DNA from: a virus
Lineage: Duplodnaviria; Caudoviricetes
Virus record (IMG/VR): IMGVR_UViG_3300035701_000037
Span: 1 to 58,402 of that record
DNA: 58,402 bases
Strand: one strand, 5' to 3'
In this document: in pieces, positions 17,565-26,466 of the stretch
How the letters are laid out: each line of letters starts with the position of its first letter
Numbering within the stretch: the stretch's first letter is position 1
Translations under genes and position numbers: made by a program
The notes under the pieces: generated by a model
Database searches by the model: none
The model's input: only the letters and a program-made list of their open reading frames with translations
Told to the model about the DNA's origin: nothing

Positions 17565-18611
17565 ATGGCAAAACGGGGCGGATGGTTCCGCATGTACTCC
17601 GAGATTCTGTCGGACGCGAAGATCGCGAGGCTCCGCGATCTCGAATTTCGGGTCTGGGTCTGCGCCCTCGCTTTCTGCAACCAGTCCCCCGCGCGTCTCC
17701 GCCGTGGAGGCTTCCTCTACCACTCGCCGGGGTTCCCCGTAACCGCCGAGGACTTCGCGCGCATTCTGCACAAGCCGCTCTCGAAAATCACAAAGGCCCT
17801 CGATGGATTGTCCAAGGTCGGCGGCGATTCGCCGCTGCTCGCATGCAAGAAGGGAGTCTATCAAATCCCGTCTTGGCGGAAACGCCAAGACCTGCAGGCC
17901 CAGGGTGAGCTTGCCGAGGAGCAAGATGGAGAGGGCAACGAGGACCCGGAAAAGTGCCGTGCCGGTGACAAATCCGTGACGGAACCGTGCCAGTCTGGTG
18001 ACAGCCTGGTGACAGAAACGGCCAGGTCTCTCGCGCGCGCGCGCGTTGAAGACTTAGACTTAGACAGAGACAAAGGAAGCAGCCGGCCACAGCCGCCTGC
18101 CGCAGGGCCTGCTCCGCAGCAATGCTCCTGGTGCGGCAACCCGATGGACCCCGCAGACGAGGCGAAGCCAGGGGCCCAGCGCCTCATGCAGGTCTACCAC
18201 GACGCCTGGCGGCGGCGCTATGGCGAATGCCCGGTCATCGAGCCAGTGGACTTCAAGCTTGCAAAAGGACTCCTCAGACGCGGGCAATTCGAGCAGGTGA
18301 GAGCCGTGGTGAAGCACGGACTGGACTCGGAGGATGGGTTCCTGCTCAAGACGGCCCATACATTCCGGGTCCTGGCTAGCCAGTTCGTCGGCATTCAGCA
18401 AGCCTTCAAAAAGGGGATGCCCTACGGCTCGCGTGCCCAAGGGAGCGAAGCGGCAGGGGCAGGGGCAGCGGCAGGAGCTGAATTGGAGGGACGGGCGGAT
18501 GTCGAGCGGGCACGCGGCTGGCGAAAGCGGCGGCTGCTGGAGCAAACCGAAACAAAAGCCGCAAAGGCCGGGCTCCCCGTCGATCCTACAGGGCTAGTGA
18601 AGCCGTTGTGA
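17565..18611 (+). CDS. phage replication initiator (replisome-organiser-like)
   Basis: WFRMYSEILSDAKIARL..EFRVWV N-terminus; internal iterons. Confidence 0.75.
   Translation: MAKRGGWFRMYSEILSDAKIARLRDLEFRVWVCALAFCNQSPARLRRGGFLYHSPGFPVTAEDFARILHKPLSKITKALDGLSKVGGDSPLLACKKGVYQIPSWRKRQDLQAQGELAEEQDGEGNEDPEKCRAGDKSVTEPCQSGDSLVTETARSLARARVEDLDLDRDKGSSRPQPPAAGPAPQQCSWCGNPMDPADEAKPGAQRLMQVYHDAWRRRYGECPVIEPVDFKLAKGLLRRGQFEQVRAVVKHGLDSEDGFLLKTAHTFRVLASQFVGIQQAFKKGMPYGSRAQGSEAAGAGAAAGAELEGRADVERARGWRKRRLLEQTETKAAKAGLPVDPTGLVKPL
17954..18075 (+). repeat. putative replication origin: six GTG(A/C)C iterons at exact 11-bp spacing, then a (CG)n tract and gacttagacttagac
   Basis: Cores at 17954, 17965, 17976, 17987, 17998 and 18009. 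Confidence 0.7.
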
Positions 18612-18666
18612 TTACGCATGGCATGGCGAGGCATGGGAAGAGAGTCCAACAGGGAGGCCATAAGCC

Positions 18667-18888
18667 ATGTCCGAGCCTTTTCAGATCCAGATCAGCGACA
18701 CCCAGGCGATCGCGGTCCTGGAGTGCATCCTCATCGCGGTCCGCCGGTCGGAGAACCGCGGGCCATGCGCATCGTTGGCCAAGGAGTGGGCCGGCGGTCT
18801 GGCCAGGACGCTATTCGAGCGCAAGGTCATCCCACAGGGCACCGCCGACGAGTGGCGGCGCGAGTTGCTGGGGGAGGGCGCGGCGTGA
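18667..18888 (+). CDS. hypothetical protein
   Basis: RBS gggagg. Confidence 0.5.
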   Translation: MSEPFQIQISDTQAIAVLECILIAVRRSENRGPCASLAKEWAGGLARTLFERKVIPQGTADEWRRELLGEGAA

Positions 18889-18907
18889 CGCCGCGCGGAT
18901 ATGAATC

Positions 18908-19147
18908 ATGAGACGAATCGTATCGCCAATCACACCGTTCAAGCCTTACATCGTGCGCCGGCATACCGCGCTCGGCGGCTGCCAGGTGCTGTTTCCACTG
19001 GCGCTGCTGGACAAGTTAGTCTACTCGGCGTTGGGCGTGGCGCTCGCCCGGCTGGACCAGGAACACTGCAGGGGTAACCTGGCTTTCGGCATGGACGAAC
19101 TGATGCGCGAAGTGACCCAGAAACTTGAAAACCTGGAGAAGCGATGA
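18908..19147 (+). CDS. hypothetical protein
   Basis: ATGA overlap with the next gene. Confidence 0.5.
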   Translation: MRRIVSPITPFKPYIVRRHTALGGCQVLFPLALLDKLVYSALGVALARLDQEHCRGNLAFGMDELMREVTQKLENLEKR

Positions 19148-20919
19148 CCCGGATTGAGATCGGCACGTCGGTCGCCAGCGGCAAGGCGGTGATGCTGGAT
19201 CTGCAGACGCTGGTGGCGACGCGGCTGCTCATCCAGGCGAACTCTGGCGGGGGCAAATCATACACGGTCCGGCGGATCGTCGAGCAGGCAGACGGCAAGA
19301 TCCAGATTCTCATCATTGACCCGGAGGGCGAGTTCTCCAGCCTGCGCGAGAAGTTCGCCTATGTGGTGGCCGGCAAGGGCGGCGACGTGGCGACCGAGCC
19401 GCGCATCGCCGCCCTCCTGGCCCAACGGCTACTCGACCTGAGAGCGAATGCGGTGCTCGATCTCTACGAGATGCGGCGCATGGCCGACCGGCGCGAGTTC
19501 GTGAAACTGTTCCTCGACGGGCTGATCAATAGCCCGAAGAACCTCTGGCACCCGGTCCTGGTGGTGATAGACGAATCACACGTGTACTGCCCCGAAGGCA
19601 AAGAATCCGAATCGAGCGATGCCGTCATCAGCCTCTGCCAACGGGGGCGCAAGCGCGGGTTCTGCGCCGTGCTGGCCACCCAGCGGCTTGCCAGTCTGAG
19701 CAAGGACGCGGCTGCGCAGTGCGGGAACGTGCTGATCGGCCCGACGACCCTGGACATTGACTGCAAACGGGCGGTGCAAGCCCTGGGCCTGTCGCGCGAG
19801 AAGCAGGCCGAGATGATCCGCCAGATGATGCGGCTGGATCCGGGGCAGTTTTTCTGCCTCGGTCGCGCCGTCTCGAACGAGATCACTCTCACCAAGATCG
19901 GCGGCGTGCAGACGCACCATCCGGAGGTTGCGATCGCGGGGAAGGTGGCCTTGGGCCCGCCCCCGCCGCCGGAGCGCGTGAAAGCCATGCTCCCGAAGCT
20001 CGGCGACCTGCCGAAAGAAGCCGATGAGGAAGCCGGCAGCGTCGCCGCCTTGCAGAGACGGGTCCGGGAACTGACGCACGAGCTCGCGGGGGCGAAGCGG
20101 GCGCCGGCAGCGCGCACGGCTGATCGAGCGGCGACGGAGGGAGCGCATACGGCCGAGCAGGTCAAACGCGCGGTGGAAGCGGCCCGCCGCGACTACGACC
20201 GGCAATTTATCGCGTTTACGCAACGCGTAAACTTTGACGTGCGGAAGATGCAGACAGCGCTGCGAAAGGTCGCGGAGATCGCCTCCGCAGCGACTGGCAT
20301 TGAATTGCCTGTGGCCGCTGCCACATCGCCCCTCCCCGCGCATCGGGACTTGCCGGCCCTTCGCCCTGCGCCGCTGCCGGCACCTCGGCCGGCCCGCGAA
20401 AAGGAATTGACGAATTTGTCAAATCGTCAATCGGACGATGCAGACCCGGAATCGCTCGGCAAGGGCGCTCTGAAAATGCTCAAAGTCCTGGCGCAGGGCT
20501 CGCCAATCCGGCTGAGCCGCAGCCAACTGGGAACACTGGCGGGCTACACCGCCAGCGGAGGCACGTTCGGAAATTACTTCAGCCAACTGCGCAGGGCCGC
20601 TTTGATCGCGGAAGATGCCCAGGGCGTCTTCGCAACGGAGGAGGGCATCGAGCGGGCGGGCGCGGTTCCGCCCGCGCCGGAGACGCACGAGGAGATCGTG
20701 GCTATGTGGCGCGCCAATCTGCCGGCGGGCCCCATGAAGATGCTGGATATTCTGCTCAAGTGCTGGCCGGATTGGCTGACCAGGGAAGAACTGGGCGGGA
20801 GCTCGGGTTACACCGCCAGCGGCGGGACATTTGGGAACTACCTCTCGATACTACGCCGGAACGGTTTGGTGGAGATCTCCGGCGGTGATCTGCGCGCGGC
20901 AGAGGCATTATTCCCATGA
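19144..20919 (+). CDS. HerA/FtsK-superfamily ATPase with two C-terminal winged-helix-like repeats
   Basis: Walker A ANSGGGKS, DPEGE, Walker B VVIDESH, GRKRG, ATQR; GYTASGGTFGNY occurs twice. Confidence 0.85.
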   Translation: MTRIEIGTSVASGKAVMLDLQTLVATRLLIQANSGGGKSYTVRRIVEQADGKIQILIIDPEGEFSSLREKFAYVVAGKGGDVATEPRIAALLAQRLLDLRANAVLDLYEMRRMADRREFVKLFLDGLINSPKNLWHPVLVVIDESHVYCPEGKESESSDAVISLCQRGRKRGFCAVLATQRLASLSKDAAAQCGNVLIGPTTLDIDCKRAVQALGLSREKQAEMIRQMMRLDPGQFFCLGRAVSNEITLTKIGGVQTHHPEVAIAGKVALGPPPPPERVKAMLPKLGDLPKEADEEAGSVAALQRRVRELTHELAGAKRAPAARTADRAATEGAHTAEQVKRAVEAARRDYDRQFIAFTQRVNFDVRKMQTALRKVAEIASAATGIELPVAAATSPLPAHRDLPALRPAPLPAPRPAREKELTNLSNRQSDDADPESLGKGALKMLKVLAQGSPIRLSRSQLGTLAGYTASGGTFGNYFSQLRRAALIAEDAQGVFATEEGIERAGAVPPAPETHEEIVAMWRANLPAGPMKMLDILLKCWPDWLTREELGGSSGYTASGGTFGNYLSILRRNGLVEISGGDLRAAEALFP

Positions 20920-21191
20920 CCATGCGATATCCGCAAGGCGCCGTGGTGGCAAGGTGCCCGCTGTGCGAGAAGCCGGTCGCATCCTTCATCGACCCCGGCG
21001 GCAGCCTCACTGTGCTGGTCAGGTTGCCGACGCCCGAGGGCCTGGTGGTCTCTTGGATTCACTGGGACTGCCTAGCGACGGCAGCGCCGTATCTCTACCG
21101 GCTTCTATACGATCCGCAAGCAGCGGCCATGGCCAAGATCGCTGAGGCGCGGGTTGCGCAGGGTCGGCCGGCCGATGTGAGGTTGAATTGA
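20916..21191 (+). CDS. hypothetical Zn-binding protein
   Basis: CPLC...HWDC. Confidence 0.5.
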   Translation: MTMRYPQGAVVARCPLCEKPVASFIDPGGSLTVLVRLPTPEGLVVSWIHWDCLATAAPYLYRLLYDPQAAAMAKIAEARVAQGRPADVRLN

Positions 21192-21730
21192 TGAGGGCGC
21201 TTGGCATAGATCTCGGGCGCCCGGGCGGACTCGCCCTGCTGTCGGATGACCAGCGGGGCAAGCCGCGATGCCTGGCGATGATCGAAGTGCCGCGGCGGAT
21301 CAGCGACCTCGATTATCAGAAACTGATGCACTGGTTCATGAAGGCACACAAGCCGGATGTCATCGCGGCTGAACGTCCGGGGCATTGGGGCCGGGCGGTC
21401 ATCGGGATGAGCCAGTCGCGTGACGACGCTCTGGCCACCGCCGCGGCCCAAGCCCTGCAGATTCCCTACCGGCATTTCGAGCCGCATCACATCAAGGCGA
21501 TGGTCGCTGCCGATGGCCACGCGAGCAAACGAGCAGTGAAGGATGCGATCCGGGACCTGGTGCAGATCGAGGATAGCAACGAACATATAAGCGATGCCGC
21601 GGCGATCGCACTCGTGGCACTGAAGGGCCCGCCGGCGGGGAACAGGGCGGCCACCAGGCCGAAAGCCCAACCCGCGGGCACGTGGCGCGAAAAACCAGGC
21701 AACCCGCAGGGACGGCGCAGGCCGAAGTGA
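21191..21730 (+). CDS. ruvC: RuvC-like Holliday junction resolvase
   Basis: ALGIDLG, IAAE, P..IK.MV...GHASK, EHISDAAAIAL. Confidence 0.85.
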   Translation: MRALGIDLGRPGGLALLSDDQRGKPRCLAMIEVPRRISDLDYQKLMHWFMKAHKPDVIAAERPGHWGRAVIGMSQSRDDALATAAAQALQIPYRHFEPHHIKAMVAADGHASKRAVKDAIRDLVQIEDSNEHISDAAAIALVALKGPPAGNRAATRPKAQPAGTWREKPGNPQGRRRPK

Positions 21731-21808
21731 GCGAACTTAGGGAGGACGCAAGAGGCGGCTTCGGCCGCCGCAAAATAATGCCCGAGAGGGCGCAAGAGAG
21801 GAGCAGTA

Positions 21809-22345
21809 ATGAGAAGCAAGTGGCAGCAACGAGCAGCAACCATGATGGCAACAGCGGTATTGGCGCTGGCAGTCCTCGCCGGGCCCGCCGGCCTTGAGGC
21901 GCAGGCTGCGACAACCACGGAGCCGGGCGTGACGGCAGCGGTGGGTCTCTCGCCAGCGACTGCGAGCGCACCCGGAACGGTGACGACAACCCGTACGGTG
22001 ACCCTGACGAATGCGAACCTTGATGCGACGACGACTAGCACCTTCAATCTGGGCATCAAGGTAGGAGTTACGCCCACGGGAGTGCCTGTCCCGGTGGACG
22101 CCATCTTCATAAGCACAGTCACGGTGCTGGGCGCGAGGAACGGGCGGCTTCTGACGATGTTGGTGCCCACGGGGACCGTATTCGTCCTGGCCAGTCTGAA
22201 ACTGAATGGCGTGGCGCAGGCGGACCCGACAATCAGCGCGGGATCGTACACAGTGACCCTGAATCTGCCGGCGGCAGCGAATGCTTCCACGCCGTCGGTG
22301 ACGACAGTTCTGGATAAGGTGCAGGTTACTACGCCAAACCCTTAA
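21809..22345 (+). CDS. secreted Thr/Val-rich protein
   Basis: Sec signal peptide (basic, hydrophobic, AQA); RBS gaggag. Confidence 0.7.
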   Translation: MRSKWQQRAATMMATAVLALAVLAGPAGLEAQAATTTEPGVTAAVGLSPATASAPGTVTTTRTVTLTNANLDATTTSTFNLGIKVGVTPTGVPVPVDAIFISTVTVLGARNGRLLTMLVPTGTVFVLASLKLNGVAQADPTISAGSYTVTLNLPAAANASTPSVTTVLDKVQVTTPNP

Positions 22346-22349
22346 TAAC

Positions 22350-22386
22350 GTCGGCCCGTTATATGACCTTCTGGACGCGGGCCGAC
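22350..22386. terminator. 9-bp inverted repeat hairpin
   Basis: gtcggcccg / cgggccgac just after the stop of 21809-22345. Confidence 0.45.
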
Positions 22387-22445
22387 TGGCGACTCGAGGG
22401 CACGCCGCAGGCAATGTGGACGATGGATGTAGTGGGCATAGTAGA

Positions 22446-23498
22446 ATGATGTGCCGGCGATGGAAGGGATTCGAGGCTCTCCCCGCATATTTTGGCGGGA
22501 AGAGGCGGCTCTGCGGCAGCATCTTCCGGCAGATCGCGCGCGCATATCCACGCGAGACCTGGCGGCGCCTGCGTTTCGTGGATCCATTCCTCGGGGGCGG
22601 GAGCGTCAGCCTCTACGCAAAACTGCTGGGATTCGAAGTCCTTTGCGGCGATCTGGCATGGCGGAGCGCCGTCATCGGCAAAGCCCTCATCGAGAACAGT
22701 CGCCAGCGGATCGGGGCGGCGGAGATCGTTTCCCTCTTCGTTCCTGTCGCGGGTGCCGGCACCATGATCCAGGAGCGCTTCTCTCCGCAACATTTCAATC
22801 CGGAGGCCGCGTCTTTCCTCGACAACGCCATCGCTGCGGCGCGGCAGATCCCCGAGGCGACGAAGCGCGCGCTGATCGAGCTCCTGCTGGTCAAGTATAT
22901 CTTCGCGCTGCGGCCGCACAGTAAGTTCTCATCGCCGGGTGCATTCAATCGGCCGTTCGCCGAAGGCCGCTGGGACGATATCAAGCCCACCTACAAGGCG
23001 GCGGTGGCCAGCAACGCGGTGCATCCGCTCTTGGTGCTCCAGCGCCTGGCCCCGAAAGTGAACGCCGGGGTCTTCCCGGGAACGCAACCTTGCCGGGCGA
23101 TGCATGCCGAGGCCCTGGAAACGATCGGAGCCGGCGAGGGCGCCGACGTGCTCTACCTGGATCCGCCTTACGGCGGCACGCTGGCCTACGAGAAGGAATA
23201 TCAAGTGCTCGATGAGATCTTCGGCGAGCAGATCGTGCGCAGCCCCTACTCGGCGCGCGACGGCCTGGCATATTTCGGCGAGCTGCTCAGTCACTGTGAA
23301 TCCTATCGGCTCTGGGTGATCTCCTACGGCAATGCGGCTGCCACCCTGGACGAGGTCTTGGCCATGGTGCGGCGCCACCGGCCCGCCGAGGCGATCGAGA
23401 TTCGCTATGAGCACTTGGCGGCGGTGGCCAGGCAGAAGAAGCGCGAGGTCAACCGCGAATTCATCATCCTCGCGGGGAAAGGAGTGAGCTATGGATAG
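22446..23498 (+). CDS. DNA adenine methyltransferase (Dam/D12 class; start uncertain)
   Basis: YFGGKRRL, DPFLGGGSV, LYLDPPY. Confidence 0.88.
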   Translation: MMCRRWKGFEALPAYFGGKRRLCGSIFRQIARAYPRETWRRLRFVDPFLGGGSVSLYAKLLGFEVLCGDLAWRSAVIGKALIENSRQRIGAAEIVSLFVPVAGAGTMIQERFSPQHFNPEAASFLDNAIAAARQIPEATKRALIELLLVKYIFALRPHSKFSSPGAFNRPFAEGRWDDIKPTYKAAVASNAVHPLLVLQRLAPKVNAGVFPGTQPCRAMHAEALETIGAGEGADVLYLDPPYGGTLAYEKEYQVLDEIFGEQIVRSPYSARDGLAYFGELLSHCESYRLWVISYGNAAATLDEVLAMVRRHRPAEAIEIRYEHLAAVARQKKREVNREFIILAGKGVSYG

Positions 23499-23808
23499 AC
23501 CGGAGCCATTCGCGATCGTATTCAGGCCCTGGATCGTGGACAGGGCCGATGGATGCTCCCAAGTACTGATCCCCCTGGCAGAACTCAATAACCTCGTCAT
23601 CGAACTGGTCGCCCGCGTAGCGGGAGAGGCGCGCTGTTACCGCATACAGTGCAACCGACGGCTCTGCCAGCCAGTGACGAGGACATGCAGGAAGTGCGGC
23701 CTGCCGTTCATGCCTTTCCGGCGCGATAATCGGTTCTGCTCCACGAAATGTAGGAACAGTTATTGGCAGAGACAACACCGGCAGCGGCTCAAGAGGGACT
23801 CCGCGTGA
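23491..23808 (+). CDS. Zn-finger protein
   Basis: CRKCG...RFCSTKCRN. Confidence 0.6.
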   Translation: MDRPEPFAIVFRPWIVDRADGCSQVLIPLAELNNLVIELVARVAGEARCYRIQCNRRLCQPVTRTCRKCGLPFMPFRRDNRFCSTKCRNSYWQRQHRQRLKRDSA

Positions 23809-24092
23809 ACGGCATCGGCAAGTCGGAACTTGAGGTGGGGACCTGGTGCATGGGGCAGATCATTGCCTGTCTGCGCGAGAATTCCATGGGCATCTCGCTG
23901 AAGGAGGTCTGGCGCTGGTGCTCCTACCGGGAGGGAGAAACCAAGGAGACTGGCTGGTCAGATTTCATGAGTGCATTCGACGCGCTGGAGCAACGCGAGA
24001 TCGTGAAGACCGACCGCGACGCCGGCGGGAACATCAAATGGGTCCTACGCGGTGAGAAATGGCCCGCTGAGAAGCGGGCCAGGAGGTCATAA
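23805..24092 (+). CDS. hypothetical protein (winged-helix-like)
   Basis: GTGA overlap; FDALEQREIVK. Confidence 0.45.
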   Translation: MNGIGKSELEVGTWCMGQIIACLRENSMGISLKEVWRWCSYREGETKETGWSDFMSAFDALEQREIVKTDRDAGGNIKWVLRGEKWPAEKRARRS

Positions 24093-24096
24093 CGAA

Positions 24097-24504
24097 ATGA
24101 ACCAAGTTGTATTGATGGTGGAGATGGGCGAGCAGAAAGAGGCCCTGAGCTTTCAGCACCGGCCCATTCTTTTCGATCTGGACAGCAGACCTGACTGCGC
24201 CAGGATGGGCGATTTGGTCCATAAGTATCCTTGGGAACCCTACTCAGCGGAACGATTCCCGCATCCAATACTGGCGGCGGAGTGGTTCATGCGCATGGGC
24301 AGAGGAGAACGCCCCGATACGGCCCAGCCAGCCGAGATTGACCTGCCAGCGGATGCCAGCGAGCGCGAAGTCTGCCTTGCCTGCGGCCAGTTTCGTGATC
24401 CTGATCATATAGGAGAGGCGGATGGGACCACCGGCGGTGCGTGCACCTGGTGCGGCCAGTTGTTCCCTGATGGGCACCCAAAGCGGGGCCCAATGGAGGA
24501 GTAG
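24097..24504 (+). CDS. hypothetical protein with C-terminal CxxC pairs
   Basis: CLACG...CTWCG. Confidence 0.5.
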   Translation: MNQVVLMVEMGEQKEALSFQHRPILFDLDSRPDCARMGDLVHKYPWEPYSAERFPHPILAAEWFMRMGRGERPDTAQPAEIDLPADASEREVCLACGQFRDPDHIGEADGTTGGACTWCGQLFPDGHPKRGPMEE

Positions 24505-24588
24505 GTTGCCTGCCCGGGCTGGGGAGCACAAACTAACATGGCGCTGCCTTCACGCAACATCGGTCAACGCTCCCCGGCCCGGGTCGGG

Positions 24589-24622
24589 ATGATACAACAG
24601 GTGCTATAACAGGTGATATCAC
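24589..24622. promoter_or_regulatory. three 10-bp operator-like repeats at 12-bp period, overlapping an extended -10
   Basis: ATGATACAAC, GTGCTATAAC, GTGATATCAC (the last is a perfect palindrome); TGcTATAAC. Confidence 0.55.
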
Positions 24623-24641
24623 AACCGAGGAGGCGAGAAGA

Positions 24642-24926
24642 ATGAAACTGAGAGATTGCCTGAAGGAGTTCGCCGCAGACATGGAGGTGCAGTTGTCTGC
24701 CAACGAGTGGCGCGGCGGATGGAACGCGGAGTCGCTCGCGAATATGCTCGCCCGGTTGGACGAGCAGCGGCGGCAGTTGAAGCTCGCGGTCAAGCGCCTC
24801 AGCCAGGGCAAGGTGCAACCGGGCGAGGTCGTGCGGCGCGCGGCGGACGTGGCCAACTACGCGATGATCGTCGCTGATCTAGCCCGGAAGGAAAGGCCAT
24901 CAAATGGCCGCCACGCTCCTGAATAG
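24642..24926 (+). CDS. small all-alpha protein, MazG/NTP-pyrophosphatase-like
   Basis: AADVANYAMIVAD motif; RBS gaggagg. Confidence 0.5.
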   Translation: MKLRDCLKEFAADMEVQLSANEWRGGWNAESLANMLARLDEQRRQLKLAVKRLSQGKVQPGEVVRRAADVANYAMIVADLARKERPSNGRHAPE

Positions 24927-25269
24927 GAGCCTCAAAGTTCGGATGACGAAGCGCGAGGCGTTGCGGCTCTACCGACTCATGCGGTGCACCCGTGATTGCG
25001 ATCTGAAAGTCAAGCAGGCGGCGGGACGGTATGCGAGATCCCACAGGGGCCTGGCTTTGGAGCTGGAGCGCCTGGGGTTTGAGGGTGAAGCAATGATTCA
25101 GGAGGTTGACGCCCAAGGGACCATGCTTGTGCTGGTGACCTACAAGGACGGCTGGGCCATGATCGTGCTGCATCCGGACTTGGGCCTGGTCCACCACGAC
25201 TGGCTGCCACGTCAAGGGACCTATACCTACTGTTGGGATCCTTGGCGCAAAAGAGGGAAGGTCAAGTGA
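24904..25269 (+). CDS. hypothetical protein, paralog of 25266-25580
   Basis: Shared TKR.A.R.YR, L.LE..RLG..GE, GTMLVL, LHP..GL. Confidence 0.65.
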   Translation: MAATLLNRSLKVRMTKREALRLYRLMRCTRDCDLKVKQAAGRYARSHRGLALELERLGFEGEAMIQEVDAQGTMLVLVTYKDGWAMIVLHPDLGLVHHDWLPRQGTYTYCWDPWRKRGKVK

Positions 25270-25580
25270 TTGCAGCGCTGGACGCGAGGGGCAGCCTCCG
25301 GATCACGAAGCGGGATGCCCAACGGGTCTACAGAGTCCTGAACGGCCTGTATGATGCCGGTCACGCACGGATGGAAGCAGCCCAAGACGAAACGCAATGG
25401 CACCAGGCCTTGGGCCTGGAAATGATGCGGCTAGGACTTCGCGGCGAACCGCGAATCTGGTACCGCGATGACTCAGGCACAATGCTCGTGCTCCTGATGT
25501 CGCCGGGCCACGGTGCCCAAATGTTGCTGCATCCGAAAAAGGGGCTGATCTTTTACGAATGCCTGGCGGCTGCCCCATGA
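25266..25580 (+). CDS. hypothetical protein, paralog of 24904-25269
   Basis: Same shared motifs as 24904-25269. Confidence 0.65.
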   Translation: MIAALDARGSLRITKRDAQRVYRVLNGLYDAGHARMEAAQDETQWHQALGLEMMRLGLRGEPRIWYRDDSGTMLVLLMSPGHGAQMLLHPKKGLIFYECLAAAP

Positions 25581-25894
25581 AACCCTTCATAGTCGAGATT
25601 TATGAGGGATCTCTGCGGGACACTGTCGTCGTGACGTTCCCGAGGACGCGGGAAGAGATATGCAACCCGCTGCTGCACCAGATCTTTACGGTCGACCCCG
25701 AGGATCCGCATGAGGAGTTACCCATGTGCAGCCTGCTACTGGAGATGACGCGTAGGCAATGGCGCCTGCTGCGGCAGCGGCTCGGCGCCAGGCGCGGCCG
25801 TCGCTTGGTTCTGGAAATCAGGGAGGAGAACGCCCCGGCAGAGCCAGGGTGGATTGACCCGCGGTTCGCAGTGGGCAGGAAGGGAGAGCAATGA
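25577..25894 (+). CDS. hypothetical protein
   Basis: ATGA overlaps on both sides. Confidence 0.5.
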   Translation: MKPFIVEIYEGSLRDTVVVTFPRTREEICNPLLHQIFTVDPEDPHEELPMCSLLLEMTRRQWRLLRQRLGARRGRRLVLEIREENAPAEPGWIDPRFAVGRKGEQ

Positions 25895-26433
25895 CCCCCG
25901 CTGTGCGGACGATCTGCGTGGATTTCGACGGCACGATCTGCGAGTACGCGTTCCCGAAGTGCGGACCACCACACTGGCAGGTGATCGCGGCTCTCCGGAG
26001 CCTGAACAAGAGCGGCTGGCGAATCATCATCCACAGTTCGCGGGTGAATCGGGATTGGTCGGCGGAAGAGCGTCGCCGGCGGACGGGCGACATGGTCGAA
26101 TACCTCTACGTGCACAGTGTGCCATTCGACCAGGTTTGGGGGGCTGAACTTAGTTCCCATCTGCCAGGCCGTTGCCCCGGTGGTTTATGCCCGGATGGCC
26201 GAATCGTCGAACTGAATGGCGACGCGGAGTTAAAAGTCTGCGTCCGGGTGCACTTCCCCGACCGCGATGTGGGCAAGCCCATCGCCCACGTCTACCTCGA
26301 CGATCGCGCTCTGCCGGTGGTGCCTCGCGTCGGCAGTCAGGTCTGGCCGGCATATACCGAGCATGAGATCATCAGCGCCTGCAGGGAGATAGCCGACTGG
26401 GCGGACCGCGAACATTCGCCGGGCACGGCCTGA
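25891..26433 (+). CDS. HAD-superfamily phosphatase-like protein
   Basis: ICVDFDGTI, HSSR, KP.AHVYLDDRA. Confidence 0.8.
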   Translation: MTPAVRTICVDFDGTICEYAFPKCGPPHWQVIAALRSLNKSGWRIIIHSSRVNRDWSAEERRRRTGDMVEYLYVHSVPFDQVWGAELSSHLPGRCPGGLCPDGRIVELNGDAELKVCVRVHFPDRDVGKPIAHVYLDDRALPVVPRVGSQVWPAYTEHEIISACREIADWADREHSPGTA

Positions 26434-26449
26434 AGAGCAGGCAAGCGAG

Positions 26450-26458
26450 TGGTATAAT
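26450..26458 (+). promoter_or_regulatory. extended -10 promoter (near-leaderless)
   Basis: TGgTATAAT 8 nt before ATG 26467; no RBS. Confidence 0.6.
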
Positions 26459-26466
26459 AGGTGGCG

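Noticed and set aside
20540-20841. Repeated 37-bp segment as a regulatory or att repeat
   Set aside because: It encodes the duplicated GYTASGGTFGNY protein motif with synonymous differences
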